Positions 10,152 through 18,476 of a stretch of 26,254 nucleotides of DNA are shown here, piece after piece. Both the position numbers and the translations under genes were made by a program. The notes under the pieces are model-generated. The model made no database searches. It was given only the letters and a program-made list of their open reading frames with translations, and was not told where the DNA came from. The stretch lies in assembly GCA_043820105.1 (NCBI GenBank), contig JBDREC010000004.1:131682-157935 (forward strand), written 5' to 3'. How positions within the stretch are numbered: position 1 is the stretch's first letter; every line of letters starts with the position of its first letter. Source of the stretch: Pseudomonadota bacterium. GTDB lineage: Bacteria; Bdellovibrionota_F; JAHFAK01; JBDREC01.

Positions 10152-11681
10152 ATGATTTCGAAAAACAAGAACCGACTTAAGTCAAAAATGCTTTCTTTTC
10201 AGTTAGCAATTCTTAGCATCTTATTTGCAATTCCTGCTTTTGCAGAAAGCGGTGGAGGAAAACCCTGGTATACTGGTTTTGCCCCCATTGTTTTATTACT
10301 TTGTGCCATTGGAGTAGTTGTTTGGCGTTTGCCAAAAGTAAAAGAAGATCATCCTGGTCAGCTTATTCACCTTCAGGAAAAAGGTTTTAGAATAAGAAGA
10401 GTCATCAACTGGTTACTTCTTGGAATGACCTATGCCTTTTTATACTGGGGAAGATATAATATAAACCCAGCCCTTGCCTCTATTGGTGGCAAAGAAATGA
10501 TTTCAAACTTTAACTGGGTTTTTGGAGCAGGTACTGCCGTGTATGGTTGTTCATTTTTAATTAATGGACCTCTTACTGATAGATTGGGTGGCAGGTTTTC
10601 AATATTAATGGGTGCAGCTGGCGCTACCGTTGCCAATGCTTTAATGGGTTTAGCTGTTTATTTCAGTGTTACTGGATCTTTAACTCCAAATGGACTTTTT
10701 TGGAGCCTGGTAATTCTTTATCCTTTAAATATGTATTTCCAATCTTTTGGTGCTGTAGCTATTGTTAAATGTAATGCAGCTTGGTTCCATGTTAGAGAAC
10801 GGGGTGTTTTCGGAGCAATTTTCGGAATCTTAATTTCTCTTGGTATTTATTTTGCATTTGACTGGACCTTTTTTATTCTAAAGGGGCTAAAATTAGCTCC
10901 TCATTGGGCATTTTGGGTTCCATCAGTTGCTTTGGCCATTGCATTTGTTTTTGATGTTTTTATTGTTAGAAATAGACCCAGTGAAGCGGGGCTTACAGAT
11001 CTTAAGACAGGTGATGCAACAGACGGTGAAGGTGGACCTTCTGATCCTCCAGTTAAGATATTCAAAATGATGCTTGGAAGTAGCATTATTATGACAATTG
11101 CTACAATTGAATTCTGTAGTGGTTTTTTAAGACAAGCAATTATGCAACTTTTCAGACTTTATGCTAAGTCAACTGGAGCTACCGATAGTTTTGTTTATCA
11201 AAACTGGGGCATGGTTCTATGTGTAGCAGGTATATTGGGTGGTGTTTTTGCAGGAACACTTTCTGACCATGTTTTTGGATCCAGAAGAGGACCTGTAGCT
11301 GTCGTATTGTATTTGGGCATGCTTGTGGGTGCAGTTGCAATGTGCTTTATGCTTGGACATCCAGCTCTGGGATGGCTCGTTATTTTTATGAGCTTATGCG
11401 TAATTGGAGTTCATGGAATGTTGTCAGGTACAGCTAGCATGGATTTTGGCGGAACTAAAAATGTTGGAATCGCTGTTGGAATAATTGATGGTTTTGTTTA
11501 TGCAGGTACTGCTCTGCAAGCGGTTCTTTATGCTATGACCTTACCAAAAGGTGGAGAAGCAGCAGCTGATCCTGCTAATTGGTGGTTCTGGCCAGTTGCC
11601 ATGGTACCATTTGCGGTCATTGGTTTGTTTTTTGCTTATAAAATAAGAAATGCTAAACCTAAACCAAAAGAAGCCAAGTAG
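10152..11681 (+). CDS. MFS transporter, OPA (GlpT/UhpC-like organophosphate:Pi antiporter) family
   Basis: 'Y.GRYN', 'NGPLTDRLGGR', 'YFQSFG', 'WF..RERG', 'G.LSD..F.SRRGP' and 'G.AVGIIDGF.Y.G'. The AGGAG RBS at 10139-10143 fits ATG 10152 (or TTG 10149). Substrate is not determinable. Confidence 0.85.
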   Translation: MISKNKNRLKSKMLSFQLAILSILFAIPAFAESGGGKPWYTGFAPIVLLLCAIGVVVWRLPKVKEDHPGQLIHLQEKGFRIRRVINWLLLGMTYAFLYWGRYNINPALASIGGKEMISNFNWVFGAGTAVYGCSFLINGPLTDRLGGRFSILMGAAGATVANALMGLAVYFSVTGSLTPNGLFWSLVILYPLNMYFQSFGAVAIVKCNAAWFHVRERGVFGAIFGILISLGIYFAFDWTFFILKGLKLAPHWAFWVPSVALAIAFVFDVFIVRNRPSEAGLTDLKTGDATDGEGGPSDPPVKIFKMMLGSSIIMTIATIEFCSGFLRQAIMQLFRLYAKSTGATDSFVYQNWGMVLCVAGILGGVFAGTLSDHVFGSRRGPVAVVLYLGMLVGAVAMCFMLGHPALGWLVIFMSLCVIGVHGMLSGTASMDFGGTKNVGIAVGIIDGFVYAGTALQAVLYAMTLPKGGEAAADPANWWFWPVAMVPFAVIGLFFAYKIRNAKPKPKEAK

Positions 11682-11705
11682 CTTTGTACTTTCAGTTTTT
11701 AGCTG

Positions 11706-11736
11706 ATTCAAAATTCAAAATTCAAGATTCAAAATT
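11706..11736. repeat. Tandem heptamer repeat (ATTCAAA)x4
   Basis: ATTCAAA ATTCAAA ATTCAAG ATTCAAA ATT, directly downstream of the MFS gene. Confidence 0.8.
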
Positions 11737-12016
11737 ATTGCAACTATATCTTTTAAAAATATAATATATTTGCTATAATATTAAAATAGCATAAAAAAAA
11801 TTCAAAAATTGGCTCTGGAGGGAAAAAATGAATGATGATAAAAGATTAGAAAATCCTAATGAAAAATATTATCCATAGTGTCTTTTTTAGTGTATCCCAA
11901 ATCACATTTTTTTTGTTTTAATTTTGTTAAAATCATAGTATAATTATATGTACTGTATGTAATTAGGGATTTTTATTGGTGTTTTCCCTGATCAAATTAT
12001 TTATTTAGGGGGGGAT

Positions 12017-13243
12017 ATGTCTTCACACCTTAGCGCTTATTATTCAAAGATATTTATTATTTTTGCTTCATGTTTAATAATACTAGGTTCTTGTGGTCAA
12101 GCAGGTGATAGAGATTCATTGGGAGATGATGAAGTATCTGATGATTCAAGTGGCAGTTCTGGTTCATCTTCATCAACAACTGCTTCAGATGATGAGCTTG
12201 CAAAAATTTTAGTTGGTGGAGCTGTTTTGGGAATTCCAGCTTCAACCTTACCTGAGGGAACAAGTGTTTCGATGTCAACCTATACAGAATCAGAACTAAG
12301 CTCAGCTGCTTCTAATGCTGGAATATCGATTGGTACACAAGGAAGTTCAGAATATGCAGCAGGTGTGTCCATTACTTTGGGAGATGGATCATCTGCTGTG
12401 AATCCTAATAATGATTTATACCTTGCTCAATCAATTTCAGACCTTTCTCTTGATAATTATGATACAACAGCTATTCCTGGTGGTATTCCTGGGGCAACAG
12501 AAAATGGTATTCCAGGTGTTGCCAGTGAAGGTATTCCTGGATTTTTTAAAGTTAAATATGGATCTAGTAGTGATTTTACAATGCAGGCTATATTTTTTCA
12601 AAAAAACATAGCATATAATGTTCCCATATATTTGGATGATTCAGAAGGCTATATTATTTTTGTTCTAGCTTCATCCTTGTTTCAGTCAAGTCAGTCAACT
12701 GCTTTTATTGCTTTATATGCTGTTGCAAGTGACTCACATGTTTCAGTCCAATATACTGATAGTGATGGAGAAAAAATAGACTCTAGGTTAAATGAGCTTG
12801 ATTATGCTCCAAATACAGATTCTGGAGTTGGTGACTATGAAAGTGACTATAGTGGTGATGGCGATGGTGACGCCGATGGTGATTCAGATTATTTATCACT
12901 TTCTAATATTTCTCCAAGTAGTGGAGAAACTGGAATTACAATTGTGCCTTCTATAACATTAACTTTTGATAGAGCCATTAATATTAATACTCTCACTGTT
13001 AATACAAATGATACAGAATGTGATGGGACCTTTCAATTGTACACAGATTATGATTCAAGTACATGTGTAGAAATGAGTACTACCTATTCTGTAACTTCTA
13101 ATTTCACCAGCCTTGTGTTATCACCAGCAACGAGCCTATCTAATGGCACTACTTATTATATTAATTTAACAACAGATATTGAAGGAGCTGATGGGAGCAG
13201 ACTGCAAGATGATTATACAGTAAATTTTACGACAATTGAATAA
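12017..13243 (+). CDS. Acidic Ser/Asp-rich lipoprotein with a C-terminal Ig-like (Big_5/SbsA-type) domain
   Basis: Lipobox 'LGS|C', a Ser-rich linker and IPG repeats. C-terminus 'ISPSSGETGI....SITLTFDRAIN.NTL...LVLSPATSLSNGTTYYINLTTDI....G..L...Y..NFTT'. G-rich RBS upstream. Confidence 0.8.
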   Translation: MSSHLSAYYSKIFIIFASCLIILGSCGQAGDRDSLGDDEVSDDSSGSSGSSSSTTASDDELAKILVGGAVLGIPASTLPEGTSVSMSTYTESELSSAASNAGISIGTQGSSEYAAGVSITLGDGSSAVNPNNDLYLAQSISDLSLDNYDTTAIPGGIPGATENGIPGVASEGIPGFFKVKYGSSSDFTMQAIFFQKNIAYNVPIYLDDSEGYIIFVLASSLFQSSQSTAFIALYAVASDSHVSVQYTDSDGEKIDSRLNELDYAPNTDSGVGDYESDYSGDGDGDADGDSDYLSLSNISPSSGETGITIVPSITLTFDRAININTLTVNTNDTECDGTFQLYTDYDSSTCVEMSTTYSVTSNFTSLVLSPATSLSNGTTYYINLTTDIEGADGSRLQDDYTVNFTTIE

Positions 13244-13479
13244 AGATTAAATTAATAAAACAGTTTTTTGGCATATTATTTTGAAAAAATATACTCAATC
13301 TTTCATTTCCTGTTACAGGAGCTATTCTTTAGAATAACTTGTAAGGGGACAATTCATCCTTATAATAAAGTGTGCTATTTTTAAGCTAACAGGCGAAATT
13401 CAAGCATAATTTAAAATGCAATGCTTGATGCTTCTTGTTTAAGTTGTTGCAATGATTGCTAAAATATATTTGCAAGTTT

Positions 13480-13495
13480 GGGCATAGTAATTGCA
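13480..13495 (+). promoter_or_regulatory. Putative sigma54 -24/-12 promoter
   Basis: GGGCATAGTAATTGCA, i.e. GG-N10-GC, about 38 nt upstream of the Tat lipoprotein start. Confidence 0.6.
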
Positions 13496-13532
13496 TTATT
13501 AATGTGTAAGTAAAAAAAACTTTGGATAGAAG

Positions 13533-13883
13533 ATGATTAACAAAAAGACAAATAGACGGAATTTTTTGAAAGTTTTAGGTATCAGTGCTCTAGGTCTATT
13601 GTCTATTGGATGTGGTGGCGAAGTTTTTGTTAGCCGTGAACAGAAAGATGTTGAAGGCGCTTCTGGTGAACTTGAAGATTATGTTGAAGTTTATAGACTA
13701 TCTTCCAGAAAAGCAAAAGATAAAGCATGTAAAAATCATGCCTATAATTATTATTTTAAAACAGAAAGTGATGTGATTAGGGCACATGATGGATGCAAAT
13801 GTCGTATAGTTAAACAAAATTTAAAAAAGAGTCTTTATGAGAGTTTTTTTCCAGAAGGCTCAATTGGCGCTTATAGAGTATAA
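13533..13883 (+). CDS. Small Tat-exported lipoprotein with a Cys/His putative metal-binding motif
   Basis: Twin-arginine motif 'TNRRNFLK', lipobox 'SIG|C', and 'ACKNHAYN...RAHDGCKCRIV'. Confidence 0.75.
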   Translation: MINKKTNRRNFLKVLGISALGLLSIGCGGEVFVSREQKDVEGASGELEDYVEVYRLSSRKAKDKACKNHAYNYYFKTESDVIRAHDGCKCRIVKQNLKKSLYESFFPEGSIGAYRV

Positions 13884-13910
13884 TAGAAAAAATTAGTTCT
13901 TTGATATATA

Positions 13911-14045
13911 AATAAAAAAACCCTCTGGATGGGGACCGCTTTACTTCCTTTACAGCCAATAGTTTTTTTTTTTCGCGGGATTTGAGCTTCTGTTGAATGC
14001 TTAAATGGCAACTTTGTTGCCCCCCTCCCAGAGGGTTTTTTTATT
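13911..14045. other. Structured intergenic element closed by a perfect 18-bp inverted repeat (candidate ncRNA/leader or MITE-like element)
   Basis: AATAAAAAAACCCTCTGG (13911-13928) pairs with CCAGAGGGTTTTTTTATT (14028-14045). Internal hairpins TTTGAGC..GCTTAAA and GGCAAC-TTT-GTTGCC. Confidence 0.65.
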
Positions 14046-14094
14046 GTTCTATCAAATTTTGACATTTCTAAAAAATTTAGTTCTAATTTCCAAT

Positions 14095-16902
14095 ATGAAA
14101 AACAAAAATATATTTTTATTGCTTTTATTGATCTTGCTTTATGCGCTAATAATAAGATTATATTCTTTAAGTGACATCGATTTAGGAAGTGCCTGGGATG
14201 AGGGTTACTATTCAGAGGTTGCAAGGAACATCTCAAATGATTCAAAATTATCATTGAGTCCAATTTTATATATTAATAATAAACAGCTTTCTTCATCATA
14301 TTATAAAGACTCAGATCGTATTATAATAGATAAAACACCACTGCTAATGATATTGGGATCACTTACTTCAAATTTATTTAATAATGAAATATATTCATTT
14401 CGATTGGTATCTGTTTTTTCGGGAGTTTTAACTGTTCTAATAATTTATCTTTTGTTCAATTACATAGCTGGTCCCAATTTTGCGCTTTTTGGAGCCTTTT
14501 TATTATCGACAAATCCTTTGCATATTTCTTATTCACGAATCTTTCAAACAGATATTCTTTCTTTGTTGTTTGTTATTTTTGCTCTATATTTTGTCTTTAA
14601 AATAATCAGGGAGGAGAAGGTTAAATATTATGTTTTGCTAGGTTTAATGATTTTTTTAAACATGTTTAGCAGGCAAATGGCTTATTTGCCAGTTTTTCTG
14701 TCAATTATTATATTTTTAATTATATTATTTTATCTAAAACAAATTGATAATAAAAAATTAATAAAAACCACCTCATGTATTATTATTGGTTTTTGTTTTT
14801 CCTTTATATGGATTCTTATCTTATATTTAAATTCAAGCGCCTTTGATGCTATTTGGAGAGACCCTGGTGCTTCTGAAATTTCTGTCTTTTTGAAACCTCT
14901 TTTATCAAAGTATTCTGCTTCTTCATTTTTATTAAACATAAATAATTTATTTGATTTTGAAAATTATAAATATGGCGGCAATTTTTCCTTCTATTTTTTA
15001 CTGCCTCAAATTATTCTATCTCTTATAGGTTTGACATTAAGTATTAATGAACTTTTCAGAGCCAAAGCTAAGCAGAAATATTTGGATATTGTATGGATCT
15101 TATGGTTTTCTTCTTTTATTTTATATCAACTTTCTCATTCACATCATATTAGTTATTTATTGGTGCTTTTACCTCCAACTATTTTTTGGGCCACAAAGTC
15201 TTTATCTATTAAAAAACATGTTTTTACTAAAACACTTTTATTTGTTTTTATTCCTTTTTGTACAATTCTTCCTTTTGTAATGATAGCTAATGAAAGGGAG
15301 GTTTTACAGGATACAGAATACGCAAAAATGGCCAAATACATTTCACTAAAAACATTAGGAAATGATGAAACAGCCATTGTTACATATGCGCCTACATTTA
15401 CATATTATCTTAGAAAACCAGTGCAATCTCATTTGTATTTGAAAAATAAATCAGAATCGTATGAAAAATATATGAGAGAAAACAATATTCGTTTTGTCGA
15501 AATGGAACTTCCGGGGGATTTGAATAATTTTGCTTGGGCTAAAGAAAACAATATAACTAGAAAAGAGTTTGATTGGGTTTTTAAAAATTGTGTAGATGTC
15601 AGTGAAAATGCTGGAATAAAAACAGAAGAAAAATATCATTTATTTGATTGTTGGAAGAAGGATATAGGATTTCCTTATATTTGGGCCTTGAATGGTCGTG
15701 TTGTTATGGATGAAAAAATAGAAGAAAATGCATTTATTATCATCAAAGGCAATAAAATTTACGACATTGTAGAGGAAGCTCAATTAAATAAGTATGAAGG
15801 AATAGAAAAAACAATATTTACTGAGGGAACTATATATCCAGGCTTAATTAATCTACATGATCATTTTTTATGGAATTATTTAAACACTATTAAAGTGACA
15901 GAAAAATATAATAGTTTTTTTGAATTTCAGAAATCTAAAAGCTATAAGAAATTAAAAAAAGAATTTAATGAAACAAGAAATAAACTTGCATGTACCCTTA
16001 ATGATTATTCCGAATTTAAAAAATTAATTAATGGAGAAACTTCTGTTCAAAGTAGCTATCAATATAGATGTCCAAGGAATTTGATTAGGAATTTAAATGA
16101 TTGGGATGAATTTTATGGTTTTAATTTATTAAAAGATTCTTCAAGTAGTTATTTTAGAAATCTAAATAAAAAAGAACTTTATCAAAGAAAAAGCGGAGAC
16201 TTTCCTTATATAGTATATCTTGGAGAAGGACTTGATGAAAAACTTAATAATGATTTATATGAAATGGATAAGCATCAAAGACTTCATGAAAAGACAATTA
16301 TTATTCATGGTGTTTCTTTTGGAGAAAAAGAGTTGGATTTAATTTATAAGAGGAATGCAAGTCTAGTCTGGTCACTGTCTTCTAATCTAAATCTTTTTGG
16401 TGAAACATTAGATGTTTTGGAAGCATCAAAAAAAGGAATTAGGATAGCCATTGGCTCTGATTGGTCTTTAACTGGGTCACTATCCTTGCTTGATGAATTG
16501 AAAATTGTTAAGAAATACAATGAAGAAAAGCTAAATAATCATTTTTCAAATAGGGACTTGTTTGAAATGCTTACCTTGATTCCATCTGTAATTTTGGGTT
16601 TAAATGACAAGATTGGAAAAATCAGTAGAGGCTATTACGCTGATTTGCTTGTTATTGACGATCAAGCTCAGGGGGATCCTTTTGATAATTTTGTTAATGC
16701 TAAAAGTGAAAATCTATCATTGGTTTTAGTTGATGGTAAAGCCCTGGTAGGAAAAGAAGATATTATGAAAACGATATCATCTGCATTTCATCTGTTTAAA
16801 TTTTGTGGACAGCAATATCAATCTATTATAAATCCAAATGAAATAAGCCAAAAAATGAATGAGTCTGAAAAAATATCCTTGCCTTTATTGGAATGTAAAT
16901 AA
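14095..16902 (+). CDS. GT-C fold glycosyltransferase (ArnT/PMT_2-like) fused to a C-terminal amidohydrolase-superfamily domain
   Basis: N-half is polytopic, with 'WDEGYY', 'DKTPL', 'FRLVS...G.LT' and 'P.HI.YSR....D'. C-half has 'IYPGLINLHDH', 'IIIHGV', 'IAIGSDW' and 'GKI..GY.ADLLV'. ATG 14095 is preferred because ATG 14005 lies inside the upstream stem. Confidence 0.8.
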   Translation: MKNKNIFLLLLLILLYALIIRLYSLSDIDLGSAWDEGYYSEVARNISNDSKLSLSPILYINNKQLSSSYYKDSDRIIIDKTPLLMILGSLTSNLFNNEIYSFRLVSVFSGVLTVLIIYLLFNYIAGPNFALFGAFLLSTNPLHISYSRIFQTDILSLLFVIFALYFVFKIIREEKVKYYVLLGLMIFLNMFSRQMAYLPVFLSIIIFLIILFYLKQIDNKKLIKTTSCIIIGFCFSFIWILILYLNSSAFDAIWRDPGASEISVFLKPLLSKYSASSFLLNINNLFDFENYKYGGNFSFYFLLPQIILSLIGLTLSINELFRAKAKQKYLDIVWILWFSSFILYQLSHSHHISYLLVLLPPTIFWATKSLSIKKHVFTKTLLFVFIPFCTILPFVMIANEREVLQDTEYAKMAKYISLKTLGNDETAIVTYAPTFTYYLRKPVQSHLYLKNKSESYEKYMRENNIRFVEMELPGDLNNFAWAKENNITRKEFDWVFKNCVDVSENAGIKTEEKYHLFDCWKKDIGFPYIWALNGRVVMDEKIEENAFIIIKGNKIYDIVEEAQLNKYEGIEKTIFTEGTIYPGLINLHDHFLWNYLNTIKVTEKYNSFFEFQKSKSYKKLKKEFNETRNKLACTLNDYSEFKKLINGETSVQSSYQYRCPRNLIRNLNDWDEFYGFNLLKDSSSSYFRNLNKKELYQRKSGDFPYIVYLGEGLDEKLNNDLYEMDKHQRLHEKTIIIHGVSFGEKELDLIYKRNASLVWSLSSNLNLFGETLDVLEASKKGIRIAIGSDWSLTGSLSLLDELKIVKKYNEEKLNNHFSNRDLFEMLTLIPSVILGLNDKIGKISRGYYADLLVIDDQAQGDPFDNFVNAKSENLSLVLVDGKALVGKEDIMKTISSAFHLFKFCGQQYQSIINPNEISQKMNESEKISLPLLECK

Positions 16903-16916
16903 GCAGCAAAAAAAAA

Positions 16917-18476
16917 CTAATCTACCACAATCGAGATATTTCGAGTCGCCGTTTCTCCACTTGAGTCCATGACTTGAACTGTGAAATCAAAAACCCCAGC
17001 ATTCGTTGGTGTTCCTGAAATAGTGGTATCTAAAGGCCCTTCACTTGCCATTGCTTGGTAAATTGGAGCTGTTGTGTGAGTTTCTGTATATGTATACATG
17101 TCAATTCCATCACTTGAATAACAAACAGCTTCATATTGATAACCTGAAACGCTTCCCACATAAGTTGGTGCTGCTAAAAAGATATCATCAAAGCTTCCAT
17201 CTTGAGGTCGTGCATATTCCCAAATACTTGAATAATCTCTTAATACAATTCTTTGAGAATCTCTGGAAGAATCTCCACCAGTATAAACTAAATTTGGAAC
17301 TCCAGTGCTTGTGATTTGTGTTAAAGTTACAGGAAATGAACTTGTCCAGGCAGGATCCATTTCTGTTGGAAATTTATAAACCTTAACAGATCCACTTGTT
17401 TTTTGTACCAGATAAACAATGCTCGTTTCCCAATCAACAAACATTGTCTCGCAATTGTGAGAGCCATCAGGATATAAAAAGTAAAAAGAATTGTAACTTA
17501 AGCTTATTGCTGACGTGCTTCTTGTTGCTGGAACTTCTGGTTCTTCAATTCTTACAACTTTATAATTTGTTCTGGTTTCAGAATTATCTCCAACATCACC
17601 AATATAAATATATTCTGTGTTCTCATCAGGGCCTGGGCCAATTGCGATATCTTCCCAATCGTGATTTGAAGCCCCCACTTGGTATTCTTGTAAGATATTA
17701 CCAAGACCGTCAATTGCATAAAAATCAGAACCGCCTCCTGAATCGTCCATAACCCAGAAAACGCCTGGGTTTAATCGACTTGCAACAACTCCAGAAATTT
17801 CTGTCAAGTCTGGTGACATTGATTGATCCACATTGCCGTTGAAAGAAAAAGATCCCCAATTTAGGGTATTATTATTTCCATCTATTGAAAGGCCATTAGG
17901 CAAAGATCCAGAAGTAATTGACCATGTGTAGCCTGTTTCTGTTCCGCCGATTGCTTCTAATGATTCTGAGTATGAAGTCCCAATTGTTCCATTTGAAAGT
18001 GAGCTTGTGCTTATTCTAAAAGAGTCATAAGTTATATCATCTTCTGAAAGAACAATCTCAACACTCTGATCTTCATTTTCAATTAGGATTTCAAGGGAAA
18101 GTGATTCTTCTGAGTTATCTATTTCTGCGCTTAGCGGTTCACTTTGAGATAGAATTGATAAAGCTTCCTTCAGGTAGGCTGTAAAAGACCAGGTGCCAAA
18201 TTCACTTAATGTCAATTCTAGTTCATAATTTATTTGACCCTCAATTGTAGATACTGAAACACTTTCTTCAAGTTCATCTTTTGTGGCAATGATTTCAATT
18301 ATATCACCTGGTGGGGTTTCTGTTAGCTTGATCATAACACTTATGTTAGTATTTTCATTATTAGAAGAAAGAACAACAGAGTCAAGACCACAAGAAGATA
18401 GAAATATAGAAAAAAGAATAATAGAAAAAAGAATAATAGAAAAAAGAAGTTTCAATTTAACATTAATTTTATTCAT
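16917..18476 (-). CDS. Acidic lipoprotein with a putative Ig (He_PIG-like) domain interrupted by a beta-propeller-like domain
   Basis: Lipobox 'LSS|C'. Ig halves 'ISTSSL.NGTIGTSYS.SLEA.GG...YTWSITSGSLPNGLSID' and 'TISGTPT.AG.FDFTVQV.DS.G.TAT....I.V'. Insert 'EISGVVASR.NPGVFW..DDSG...DWEDIAIGPG...YIGDVGDN'. Confidence 0.78.
   Translation of the reverse strand: MNKINVKLKLLFSIILFSIILFSIFLSSCGLDSVVLSSNNENTNISVMIKLTETPPGDIIEIIATKDELEESVSVSTIEGQINYELELTLSEFGTWSFTAYLKEALSILSQSEPLSAEIDNSEESLSLEILIENEDQSVEIVLSEDDITYDSFRISTSSLSNGTIGTSYSESLEAIGGTETGYTWSITSGSLPNGLSIDGNNNTLNWGSFSFNGNVDQSMSPDLTEISGVVASRLNPGVFWVMDDSGGGSDFYAIDGLGNILQEYQVGASNHDWEDIAIGPGPDENTEYIYIGDVGDNSETRTNYKVVRIEEPEVPATRSTSAISLSYNSFYFLYPDGSHNCETMFVDWETSIVYLVQKTSGSVKVYKFPTEMDPAWTSSFPVTLTQITSTGVPNLVYTGGDSSRDSQRIVLRDYSSIWEYARPQDGSFDDIFLAAPTYVGSVSGYQYEAVCYSSDGIDMYTYTETHTTAPIYQAMASEGPLDTTISGTPTNAGVFDFTVQVMDSSGETATRNISIVVD
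18406..18448. repeat. 15-nt tandem repeat (ATAGAAAAAAGAATA)x~2.9 encoding (LFSII)n in the signal peptide
   Basis: Units at 18406-18420, 18421-18435 and 18436-18448. Confidence 0.9.

Noticed and set aside
13269-13284. TGGCATATTATTTTGA as a sigma54 promoter
   Set aside because: It lacks the invariant GC at 10-nt spacing from the GG.
13935-13960. Minus-strand AGGAAG segment as SRP RNA, or GGCAA as a c-di-GMP riboswitch
   Set aside because: The conserved flanking motifs (SRP helix 8 CAGG..GGAA..AGCAG; c-di-GMP-I paired GNRA/receptor architecture) are not present.
14005-14094. N-terminal extension of the GT fusion, and the antisense ORF 13871-14263
   Set aside because: Both run through the structured inverted-repeat element and lack protein-like features. 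ATG 14095 gives a normal basic N-terminus followed by a TM helix.
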